From Antedon mediterranea (Eukaryota; Animalia; Echinodermata), in assembly GCF_964355755.1 (NCBI RefSeq), contig NC_092674.1, positions 434,001-498,000 of the forward strand: a stretch of 64,000 bases of DNA, given 5' to 3'. The position numbers were made by a program, and so were the translations under genes. Of this stretch, positions 33,553 to 46,500 are shown one piece after another. The notes below the pieces were generated by a model. The model searched no databases. It saw only the letters and a program-made list of their open reading frames with translations, and was not told where the DNA came from. Within the stretch, counting starts at the first letter, position 1, and each line of letters opens with the position of its first letter.

Positions 33553-36500
33553 GCAGCTACTAATTTTATTTTGATAATAAGGGGGTTGCCATTTGGTGGG
33601 TTGCCATTTGGTGGGTTGTCATTTGTGTACAGATATGTACGTGTGATTATTGATTATTTTTCCTTTGTAAAAGTTGCGAACCGAATGACCTTTATAGATC
33701 GTTACAAAGTAACTCAACAAAATATTATTGTTTTGTAAACCCACAAACGAAATCCGTTTTACTGTTGACTGAGCACAGAAAGGCACCTGCAGATGTATTG
33801 ATCTAAGGATGTTGCATCACGTTCTTCTGTAATGTCAATAAAACTTCTGACGAAATTCCAGATATTCTCAGTATTATTAGTTATTTATTTTAAACCCATC
33901 TTAGCATAAGACTATCACTGAATTGGTATAGTTTTTTTCGTACAATATTATTGTATTGGAAAGAAAAGTTTAAACGAATCAGCAATTTAGAAAGAATATT
34001 ATTTCAGGTATCGGCCAAACTGAAACATGGATAATAAAAGAAATAACATTTTGTATTATGAACACCAGGCTAGTGATCTGGAGGTTGTGGGTTCGAGAAT
34101 TACTTGCATATTTTTTCGCAAGTATTTTCTCAATGTACTTAGTATAAAGTAAACCTTACGTCAGAATAGGGCAAAACATCTGACCAATATTATTATTTAT
34201 TATACAGTATATTACAAATAGTATTATTATTTTTCTATCAAATGGTACAACAGATGTACTGGACCAAAGCCAATGTATTGCATCTTAAAGTTGTTCAGTA
34301 TTTAAATTTTCTAAATGTGTTTTTACATTTCACAGCACAACATATATAATATATTTTTTGATATTGGAGTCAGTTAACAATTTATATTGAATTTTAAATT
34401 TGTGTAAACCTTCTTTGTTTTGAAAATTAATGAATAATGAATAACCTATATTATATGTACGTAAAAATATAACATACATTTGTCATCCCCTCTTGGTTTC
34501 AATGCAATTGACCCGTCTTCCTGTATACGTTCTTTCTATAATATGTAGATACTAGAAAACAATACCATGACTTACTTTTCTATAGAGTATTAATTAACCT
34601 TAAATTTAAGAACAAAATATCGTTTTTGTTTATTGGTCTTTCACAGCTCTTAATCAATTTTTGTATGGTTTATTTTTATCCAAGGCTTATTAAACTTATA
34701 TAGTTGTTGTACATTCTTTTTAATTTCTAATTTAATAGAATTATTATAAGTGAACCAAGATTTTATGAAGAGTATACTTTTTAAATTGACATTTAGTCTT
34801 TATTAAGCTTTGTACTGTAGTTTGATGCATAATATTATTGTTTAGTAAACATGATGATTATTTTGTATAGGATTTTAAAGAAGGTATTTCCCTAAACCTA
34901 TTTAGGTACTTAATAAACTTGTGTGCTTAAGAGATAATTGCCAATTACTACCATTTTGATAATCCATTTTATTTATGAAAGTATCAGTTTAAATTCAGTA
35001 AACTGTTAATATGCCTACAGTCGGAATCAATTTATTTACTGAAGTACAGTAGTATTATGACAGTAATATTGTAGATGTTATATTAGATAAATTCACAAAC
35101 AAACATGAATTTCACTGATTATAAATGTTTTTTTTGGTTTGCATTTTATTGTATTTGGTGGTGATTTTTTCAAAAAAAGTACCAAAAAAAATTCAAATAT
35201 TATGCCATAATATGGCTATATATGCGCATGCTTTGTATCATCTTATACAGCCATATTAACTAGTTTTGTCTATAGTACAAGGATATTTTTTCGAAAAATA
35301 CTCAAAATATCGACTTTTTAAAATTCCATTATTATGCGATAATATGGCTATATATGTGCATATATTGCTTTGTATCATCTTATAGAGCCATATTAACCAG
35401 TTTTGTCAAAAAATAAAAAGGTTGAACTTTAGTCAATTTTGGAAAAAATCCCTGTAAAAATGACCATTTTTCGACCCTTTCATTTTTTGATATAATTAGT
35501 TATTATAGCATAATAAACATGCGCAGAGACGAATATTAGTTTCTGCGCATGTCAATTATGGTATATTAACCATTTGAAAATTTTTTTATAATTAGTTACT
35601 ATAGCATAATAAACATGCGCAGAGACGAATATTAGTTTCTGCGCATGTCAATTATGCTATAGTAACCAGTTTTATCAATTTTTTGACATAAATGGTTACT
35701 ATAGCATAATAAACATGCGCAGAGACGAATATTAGGTTCCGCGCATGTCAATTATACTATACTAACCAGTTTTATCGAAAAATAAAAAGGTCGAAAATTT
35801 GTCATTTTTGGAAAAAATCCCTGTACTATATATAGTACAGAGAAAATTTCGAAAAATGACAATTTTTCGACCCTTTCATTTTTAGATATAATTAGTTACT
35901 ATAGCATAATAAACATGCGCAGAGTCGAATATTTGGTTCTCCGCATGTCAATTATAGTATAATAACCAGTTTTATCGAAAAATAAAAAGGTCGAAAATTG
36001 GTCATTTTTTGAAAAAATTCCTGTATTATAGTACAGGGAAAATTTCGAAAAATGACCATTTTTCGACCCTTTCATTTTTTGATATAATTAGTTACTATAG
36101 CATAATAAATATGCGCAGAGATGATATTAGGTTCTGCGCATGTCAATTATGCTATATTAACCATTTGAAAAAATTTTTATATATAATTAGTTACTATAGC
36201 ATAATAAACATGCGCAGAGACGAATATTGGGTTCTGCGCATGTCAATTATACTATAGTAACCAGTTTTATCGAAAATAAAAAGGTCGAAAATTGGTCATA
36301 TTTTGAAAAAATCCCTGTACTATAATACAGGGAAAATTTCCAAAAATGACCATTTTTTGATATTAGTTACTATAGCATAATAAACATGCACAGAGACGAA
36401 TATTAGTTTCTGCGCATGTCAATTATGGTATATTAACCATTTGAAAATTTTTTTATATATAAATAGTTACTACAGCATAATAAACATGCGCAGAGTCGAA

Positions 36501-37638
36501 TATTGGGTTCTGCGCATGTCAATTATACTATAGTAACCAGTTTTATCGAAAAATAAAAAGGTCGAAAATTGGTCATATTTTGAAAAAATCCCTGTACTAT
36601 AGTACAGGGAAAATTTCCAAAAATGACCATTTTTCGACCCTTTTATTTTTTGATATAATTAGTTACTATAGCATAATAAACATGCGCAGAGACGAATATT
36701 AGGTTCTGCGCATGTCAATTATGCTATAGTAACCATTTTTTAAAAATTTTTATATATAATTAGTTACTATAGCATAATAAACATGCGCAGAGACGAATAT
36801 TAGTTTCTGCGCATGTCAATTATGCTATAGTAACCAGTTTTATCAATTTTTTGACATAAATGGTTACTATAGCATAATAAACATGCGCAGAGACGAATAT
36901 TAGGTTCCGCCTATGTTAATTATACTATACTAACCAGTTTTATCGAAAAATAAAAAGGTCGAAAATTTGTCATTTTTGGAAAAAATCCCTGTACTATAGT
37001 ACAGAGAAAATTTCGAAAAATGACAATTTTTCGACCCTTTCATTTTTAGATATAATTAGTTACTATAGCATAATAAACATGCGCAGAGTCGAATATTTGG
37101 TTCTGCGCATGTCAATTATAGTATAATAACCAGTTTTATCGAAAAATAAAAAGGTCGAAAATTGGTCATTTTTTGAAAAAATTCCTGTACTATAGTACAG
37201 GGAAAATTTCGAAAAATGACCATTTTTCGACCCTTTCATTTTTTGATATAATTAGTTACTATAGCATAATAAATATGCGCAGAGATGATATTAGGTTCTG
37301 CGCATGTCAATTATGCTATAGTAACCAGTTTTATCTATTTTTTGACATAAATGGTTACTATAGCAAAATAAACATGCGCAGAGTCTTAAAATTCAATTAT
37401 TTTGTGATAATATGGCTATATATGCACATATTGCTTTGTATCATCTTATAGAGCCATATTAACCAGTTTTGTCGAAAAATAAAAAGGTTGAAATTTAGCC
37501 AATTTTGGAAAAAATTCCTGCACTATAGTATAGGGATTTGGCGCGCCAGGGATTTTCCCGAAAAATGCCCAAAATATAGACTTTTTAAAATTCAATTATT
37601 TTGCGATAATATGGCTATATATGCACATATATTGCTTT

Positions 37639-40290
37639 TTATATAACACCTAAATAAATTCCTGTCATTTGATTGGACGATTGTGGGTCACATGGCGTGC
37701 AATAGTACGCACTATTAAACGATCGTTTAATAGTACTTTTTGAAACATTTTTGTGTATGAAAAAAAAAACGTCTCGCGGATAAAAAAAAACCATAATTAG
37801 CTTAGATAAGTTCCAATTGTCTGTCGAAGTTTTGCCTTTCAGCCAAGCTAGTACTACTAGGCTACTAGGTCTAGCCTAGGCCATGCTAGTATTAGGCTAG
37901 ACCTAGCCTAGGCGTGTTAGCCTTGCTAGGCCTAGGATTGTTTGGTCGTTTGTTGACATAATTAACACAAAAGTAGGTGTGTTTACGAAATCCATATAAA
38001 TATAACATTTAATATAAAATTATTAAAAACCAAATGTTACTGTTTTTAATCAATGTGTGTGAATGAAATGTAGTAAGCTTTGGCTAGGGCTACCTTTTAT
38101 TTGATTCAAATAACTAGAATTTATTTAGATGTTATATAAAACAAATAATGAATGTTTTGTATTCGTGTAATGGTACAAATAATGGCACTTGGTGCATAAA
38201 CTTTTGTATTGATAAATGCGTTCCAGTTAAAAAAGTGAAAATCTACCCTAACAACAAGCCATGGATCACGAAAGGCGTTAAATTACTGTTGTGTGAGAAA
38301 CGTAAAGCCTTTAAGATGGGCGACTCTAATCGTATGAAAATATTGACTAGAGAGATTAAATCTGAAATAATGAAACAGAAGAACATTTATAGGAAAAAAG
38401 TTGAACATAACTTCAGGTCTAATAATATGAAACAAGTTTGGCAGGGTATGAAACTTATGAGTGGTTACACAAACGGTGGTAATACACCCACCTCGATTCC
38501 GAATGTTACTGTGCAATATGTTAATGAGTTAAATGAATTTTATAACCGTTTTAATGTTCATGATTTAAAAAAAGAAAGAGAGGCTCTATTTAGCTTGTCG
38601 GGTGACTGAAGATGATCCCAAATTTAGTATAAGCATTTCTGATGTACATAACGAATTCATGAAACTCAATTCATCGAAGGCTGCTGGGCCGGATAGAATC
38701 CCACCACGAGTACTTAAGGTCTGCTCTCCTCACCTTGATGGTATATTTACATTTATTTTCAATATGTGTCTTTCTTATCATGCGTTCCCGGATATTTGGA
38801 AACTTTCATGCATAATACCGGTACCTAAAAAACCTAAAATTAACAGCATGAATGATTTGAGACCCGTTGCACTCACGTCTGTCGCGATGAAAATATTGGA
38901 ACGTATTATTTTAAAAATTATGCAACCTTATGCTGAAAAAGTGTTAGACCCGTTGCAATTTGCTTACCGATCACTCCGTAGTACCAGTGATGCGATTTAT
39001 TTTAAATTACATAAATTGTATTCACATCTAGATAATGTAAAGAAAGGCCACTCAGCACGTATTATGTATTTTGATTTTCAATCTGCGTTTAATACCATAC
39101 AACCCCATATCTTAGCAGACAAAATGTTGAATATGGAGTTTCCCCGTCCGATTGTTCGTTTAGTTTTAAATTTCATTTGTGATAGAAAACAATTTGTTAA
39201 TATTAATGGTGTTAAGTCAGAAATCGTAACCTCTGACACCGGTGTTCCTCAGGGTACTATCAACGCACCTAAATTATATTCCCTGTATACGGCGGATTAC
39301 AGATCTTTAAATGATGAGCTTTGCCCCGTTGTTAAATTCGCTGATGACACTAGTACTATTGGTCTCATAGTTTCAAACAATGATGAAAATTATCGTAGCG
39401 AAATACAAAGATTTGTTAAATTTTGTGACGATAATTATCTCCAAATAAATGCATCAAAAACAAAGGAGATGATCATTGATTTTAGGACTAAACATAAATT
39501 TAATTTTCAACCAATCACTATCAAAGGTAAAGAAATTGAAATTGTTGACCAGTACAAGTATCTAGGAATTGTTTTCAATGATAAACTGAGTTGGGGAGAC
39601 CATATAGACTTCATCAGCAAAAAATTAAGTCCCAGAATGTATTGTATGAGAACTTTATATAAATTTAACTCCTGTGATTTGATGTTACTTTCGTTCTATA
39701 GATCCGTTATATGTAGTGTTTGGACGTATTGCCTCTCCTGTTGGGCTGGTAATGTTACCGGAGGGAATAAAGGACGCCTTGAAACTTTCATCCGTCGGGC
39801 TGGTAAAATGATTGGTCTGGAACTGCCTTCCTTTACCGATGTGCACCTAGAACACCTCCAGAAAGATTTCGAACGCATTGAGTCGGATGCCTCTCATCCT
39901 CTCCACAAAGTGATCATAGACCAACTTAATCCAAGTGGTAGATTGAGGCTCCTCAGTGTGAAAACAAATCGATTTGCTAAATCCTTTATTCCCTCCGGTA
40001 TCATCCAGTACAACAGGAAGTCAAGAAGATAATTTTATATTGTAATTTTTTAGATGTTTTTATATGAATGGTTTTATGCTATTTTTGTTTTTATAGTGTT
40101 TTCTTTGTTATTATGACGAGCAATGAATTTCCTTTTTGAGGATCAATAAAAGTTATCTTATCTTATCTTATCTTGGTGAATGATGAAAGGTTATATAAAC
40201 TCAGCGTTGCCTCGTTGATATAACCTTTCATCATTCACCTCGTGCCATTATTTGTACCATTACACTCATAAACATTCATTATTTGTATAA
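37639..40290. mobile_element. Non-autonomous double-hairpin element (Crypton-like), split by a LINE
   Basis: Inverted repeat tatataacacctaaataaattc / gaatttatttagatgttatata; a second long hairpin has arms at 38140-38194 + 40179-40198 and 40219-40287. The Crypton assignment is by resemblance only. Confidence 0.65.
38195..40171 (+). mobile_element. 5'-truncated non-LTR retrotransposon (Rex1/Babar-like) with reverse transcriptase
   Basis: ORFs 38148-38609 and 38602-40032 (one frameshift) with PNNKPWIT, KAAGPD, DLRPVALTS, DFQSAFNTI, GVPQG, KFADD, YKYLG; (TCTTA)n tail; TSD CTTGGTG at 38188-38194 and 40172-40178. Confidence 0.93.
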
Positions 40291-40509
40291 TATCATCTTA
40301 TAGAGCCATATTATCCAGTTTTGTCGAAAAATAAAAGGGCCAACATTTTTCATTTTCTGGCATACAGGATTTGGTTGTAAACACAAAAACAATGTATTTT
40401 ATATAAATGTTATGTTTTTATTGGCTTATAATGAAATCAGACTAATAAAATAAGTACTGTACTAAGTGAATTTGAATGTGGATGAATTATTACTGCAGTA
40501 CAGTCATCA

Positions 40510-43500
40510 TTACTGGAGCACACCATGTCTTGACAAAGATTTGACATGAGGGTTGAAATGATCAGGTAACTGTAAAAATAAAAGAAAATTTGATTGCATA
40601 TAATTTTAAAAGAAATACTGCAATACAGCAATGATTTGTAGTTATAGTAGTGCCCAATTCGGATTAGGTCCTCTGTGGACTAACAGCAGGAACAGTGCTG
40701 CGCCTACTACGAACAACAGGAGTTGAGATGGAGCAGTACCACCGGGATAAACCTTTACTGTTCCGAAAGATGAACTGGGTTTTTTAAAGTGCACACAAGC
40801 CAGATGTAAAGACTTATTCTACCATCGGTACGGTCGATGAGCCTTGAACCGCTCGGCCACAAAACTTAAAACAAAGTAATGTTCTAATTTGAATAAAACA
40901 AGTGTGTTTACCTTGGCACCAATACGTGAAAGGTACCGATTTCTAAGAGCAAATGCACTTCTTGGGCGAATAGGTGATGTAATACTATGTGATGGCAGTT
41001 CTTTTTCAAGTCTTGAAAAGAAGGAAAAAGGGAGTAAAATACAGTACAACTCTTAAAGATGCATTGTCTCTCAAACACATTTTTATAAAATCAGACTTTG
41101 AATAGGTTATTTTGCAGTTTTAATAAAGTTATTCACTTTCGTAGAAAAAAACCACCAAACAGATATATTGATTTAACTTAGAAGAAAGACAATTATTTTA
41201 ATCCATCAAGCACTCTGGCTCGAAAATTGTCTTGCTTGTCACTTTGATAAAATGGGTAAAATACAAACAGTACGACACCAAGGGGTAAAATACAAAAGCA
41301 ACAAATGCAAACATTACACAAAAAGGTTAAAACATGGCAGTAGTAAAAAATATCATAAATATGAAGACAAAAAAAACCACAGTGATTGAACATTAATTAT
41401 TATTATGATTTGACATGTTAAATACTTACTCTCGTTTGGCAAGGCTTGCTTTTTGAACTTCTCGTTCTTTTGCAGACATATTTAGAAATCCTCCTTCTGA
41501 TTGGTCGACTAAATATAAAATTAAACTGGCAATCAAGGAAGCTAAAATACAAAACAAAATTGTTTAGAATTTACAAATTATTTACTTTTATGTACGTATA
41601 AAACAAACAAAATAACAGCATTTAAAATTACAAAAAAAAGATTGATTGAAAAAACTAAAAGCCAGGGGCTTAAGCGTTACGCCACTGGGAGTAATGCTAT
41701 TTTGTCTGGGTACTGCTTGATAAATACATGACACATTTTACTCATCATACTGTAGGTATTATGTTGTCAAAGCAAAGAGTCTTACCACAAAGCATGACTG
41801 AGAAGAAAACCTCAAGAATGAGATAACCACTTTCATCTAGAATCTTTCCAGCAATCATAGGTACAACAGCAAGGCCTAGATTTTGAATTGACTGCATGCT
41901 GCAATACACAAAAAACGATACAAAGTCCATTATGATAAGTAAAGCTCAGTCTACACTATCAAACTTGATGATGATGATGATGTCATACCACTTCCATACT
42001 TGAGCATATCACTACCATATTTTGGCACATCACACTTTTTTTGTCAAACTAGTTTGAACCCCTCCTTTGGGACACACCTATTAAAGGGACACTTTCCCAT
42101 CAAACGAACAAGGAGAAATAGATGCTTTTTTTTATTCAATATTTCACCAGAGGCTCTTCACAAGCACAGCCTTAGTCTTGAGGAGCCTTTGCAACATATA
42201 ACAAATATGAGCTTAGCAAATATAAATTCTTTAACACTAGCCAAGGCATATTCAGGGGACAATTTATTTGGCCCAGAAGATGCCTCCTTAATAGAGGTTC
42301 TATTGTAGTATCTGAATGACTCACAATCCATAAGATGTCCCCAACTGATGTTCAGGCATGATGTAAGCTACAATGGGCCACAAGGCACAAGCTAGTAAAG
42401 AATATGCAATACCCATTACACTCTGCAAAGAACGATACATAGTTGGTAATTAACAATATTTATGTTTGCATTTTCTGTAATATGAGAATTTGTTACAGAA
42501 TGATGATACCTACCATTGTGATAAATGGATTGATGAATGTAAATGCTAACATAAAGTGGGCAACAATTGTAAGTACAACGCCAGACACAACCCAGAATAT
42601 GTTTCTACCGGTCTTATCAACAGCAACACCAAATACAGGAGACGCTCCAGCGGAGATGAAATATACCAAACTAAAAAAAAACAAACTAATTACAACAATT
42701 TGCTGTGAAGAGTTGTTTTTGCTCATTCTTGATATTCTGTATGTTTCTCTATGTTTACTTGTTTAACATTTCTATTTTTATTATGCATTTTAATGTAAAT
42801 ATTCTGTAAATCAGCATCGACTGTGATGATGATATGCAATAAAACATTTTTTTTTAAATTAAGTAAAATATTTCACTGTACAGTATTTGTACCATAGAAT
42901 GGTAATGGGAGGTATACTCTAAATGGTTGGTTTGTATTAAGATGTGAGAGGCATGTTTATGACTGCAGGACTCTACATAATATATGTACCTATTATATGT
43001 ATATAATAATGTATAGTATTACACTCACCTATTTACTAAAAGGGCATCTGCTGCTGAAAAGTCCCACTTGTCCTCAAAAAATATACTAAAAATACAAAAA
43101 AATAGATACACAAAATATATTAATACATGTTTTAAACAGTAAATATCAAAATTCAACTACTCTTTTAAGACATTTTGTAACAGTAATTAAATATTTTACT
43201 GAAGAATTTGTTTTTCTCGGAAAAAATAAAGCTGATTTGATTTTGTGTAGCCTCCTCCTCCCATTTGATCTTAAATTCAAATCTTGGTTCTGTCATAATA
43301 CAAGACATAGGGGCACATTGCAAACAATTTTTAATATCTTAATCTCAATATATGTGGAAATCTTTTTAGGTCAAATATATAGACAAATATATAAGGTAAA
43401 TTATTTGGCAGTGATATTTGCTGTGCTAGAATTATACAGTATTTCAACCCTGGTATTGGTACTACCAAGTTAAAATGCTACTATATGTACTAAAATCTAA

Positions 43501-46500
43501 CATGTATACTTACACTCCAAGACCTATGAATGTGACACATATTATGAATATAAGTCAATTTGAACCCAGTACCCTGATATTCATAGACATCAAGTTAAAA
43601 CTCAACTATGTGTACTTAACCTGTATACTTACACTCCAAGACCAATGAATGGAAAAACAGCCACATAGTATGTGACACATATTATGAATATAAGCCATAA
43701 GGTCAATGGGAAATCCTTGACATCACTCAATTTGATCACCTCTCCAGTTTCACCAGAACCTTTCTTAGTAATGCGAGCAGCTCTTGCATCAAAGAACCAC
43801 AAAGCTAAACCACATATCATTGACAGGATACAGAAACCAGAACCTAATGAACAAGAACAAGACTGGTGTGATGGAAGATTAAGGAATCAGTTAGAAAGGA
43901 AGAACAAGACTGGTGTGATGGAAGATTAAGGAATCAGTTAGAAAGGAAGAACAAGACTGGCGTGATGGAAGATTAAGGAATCAGTTAGAAAGGAAGAACA
44001 AGACTGGTGTGATGGAAGATTAAGGAATCAGTTAGAAAGGAAGAACAAGACTGGTGTGATGGAAGATTAAGGAATCAGTTAGAAAGGAAGAACAAGACTG
44101 GCGTGATGGAAGATTAAGGAATCAGTTAGAAAGGAAGAACAAGACTGGTGTGATGGAAGATTAAGGAATCAGTTAGAAAGGAAGAACAAGACTGGTGTGA
44201 TGGAAGATTAAGGAATCAGTTAGAAAGGAAGAACAAGACTGGTGTGATGGAAGATTAAGGAATCAGTTAGAAAGGAAGAACAAGACTGGTGTGATGGAAG
44301 ATTAAGGAATCAGTTAGAAAGGAAGAACAAGACTGGCGTGATGGAAGATTAAAGACCCCTTCCCTGCAATTTTGGACGTTTTTTGGAAAATAATACATAT
44401 ATATCACTTTAAAAACATTAAACCATGTCATTCCTTGTCTTAAATGTACGTTTTATGGTAAATTATGATAAAAAGTGAGAAACAATGCACTACCTAAGTA
44501 GCTCGCGGCGATCGACCTCTCGTGGACGGTCTCAGGCCTAGCCTAGCTAGGCTTAGTTTTGTAGGCCTAGCTGGTAAACATCGGTAACGTACGAACATCG
44601 TACGCTAGCTATATACCTAGCCTGACGTTGTATAGTTGCTGCATTAATTGTCTTTCTATTTTTGCCAGACTCCGTTGATACAAATTGGGGAAAACCCGGT
44701 ATTTTCGCTGAAAAGTTAGGAGTCTTCCATTTGTTTTGGCTTCACGATCGATCGAAAAGTGGGCGAATTACAGGTGAAAAACAACAATATCAATCCGCGC
44801 GCAATGCATTTTGGGATTTATAGCGGGCCGCTATAATTATTAAAATCGATTTATTTTTCACATTTTTAACCGTTTAAAGACGAAAAAAGTTATCGCAATA
44901 GGACCATATAGTATTATTTTTACATTAAATATAGTTTGTGATCTTAAATTAGATCTAAAAAACGTAGGGAATGGGGCTTTAAGGAATCAGTTAGAAAGGA
45001 AGAACAAGACTGGTGTGATGGAAGATTAAGGAATCAGTTAGAAAGGAAGAACAAGACTGGTGTGATGGAAGATTAAGGAATCAGTTAGAAAGGAAGAACA
45101 AGACTGGTGTGATGGAAGATTAAGGAATCAGTTAGAAAGGAAGAACAAGACTGGTGTGATGGAAGATTAAGGAATCAGTTAGAAAGGAAGAACAAGACTG
45201 GTGTGATGGAAGATTAAGGAATCAGTTAGAAAGGAAGAACAAGACTGGCGTGATGGAAGATTAAGGAATCAGTTAGAAAGGAAGAACAAGACTGGTGTGA
45301 TGGAAGATTAAGGAATCAGTTAGAAAGGAAGAACAAGACTGGTGTGATGGAAGATTAAGGAATCAGTTAGAAAGGAAGAACAAGACTGGCGTGATGGAAG
45401 ATTAAGGAATCAGTTAGAAAGGAAGAACAAGACTGGTGTGATGGAAGATTAAGGAATCAGTTAGAAAGGAAGAACAAGACTGGTGTGATGGAAGATTAAG
45501 GAATCAGTTAGAAAGGAAGAACAAGACTGGTGTGATGGAAGATTAAGGAATCAGTTAGAAAGGAAGAACAAGACTGGTGTGATGGAAGATTAAGGAATCA
45601 GTTAGAAAGGAAGAACAAGACTGGCGTGATGGAAGATTAAGGAATCAGTTAGAAAGGAAGAACAAGACTGGTGTGATGGAAGATTAAGGAATCAGTTAGA
45701 AAGGAAGAAGCAGCAACGAATCATAAACACAGTTCACACGAATAATACAAATTAGTTATAATGTTACAAATAATAATAAACAAATAAACATGGTTTTCAA
45801 AATAATAATAACACATGCTGAAAGCAATCATTAATGCATCATTTTGAAATTGGCCAATGCGAGATGAATAAAGAAATTGAATTGAAATTGATGTCATATA
45901 TTTTGTGAATTATTGATATCATTTAATAAAGTGCATAAGTTCATCAAACTTACCAACCCACAGAGCAATTGCTAACTTCTTGTATTCTGGCAAAGCGTCT
46001 GACGTGGCATCATAAATTGGTTTCATAACATTCATGTTAACTGTACTACCCTGTAATCATTTCAAAATAAATGAATATTGAATAAAACATTTAGTAAATT
46101 CAAATAAACATTTATTCTTTCAATTGTATCAAGAAATGTTAACACAAAATTGAATCATAAAGCTCTGTCTACACTATCAAATTAGTTTGAAAAGTTTCAA
46201 AAAGTGTGATGTGACCAAATATGGTAGTGATATGACATCATCATGTCCATATATGGGCACATCACAATTTGTTGTCACATACAGTTTGATAGTATAGACA
46301 GAGCTTTAGAGTCGTTGTGAATGAAATAATTGAAAATGATGGTGGTCAGGGATTTTATTCCAGCAGGAGAACACTATAATGTAGCTTTTAAATTTAAAAA
46401 TGAACTTACAACTCTTGAGAAACTAAGTTGAAGACCAAAGACCATGTTCAGTTCTTTGTTTTTAAACCAACTAACGGCATATGTGTTCTGAGCCACTGCT

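Larger units (their letters stand above)
35165..40350. repeat. Complex hairpin-rich satellite with higher-order duplication, interrupted by nested elements at 37639-40290
   Basis: Subunit agttactatagcataataaacatgcgcagagacgaatattag(g/t)ttctgcgcatgtcaattat; ~1.16-kb higher-order period (36009 vs 37173); the unit resumes at 40291. Confidence 0.9.

Noticed and set aside
34070-34100. B-box-like gaggttgtgggttcgag (similar remnant near 11695-11725)
   Set aside because: No cloverleaf or A box; at most a decayed SINE fragment.
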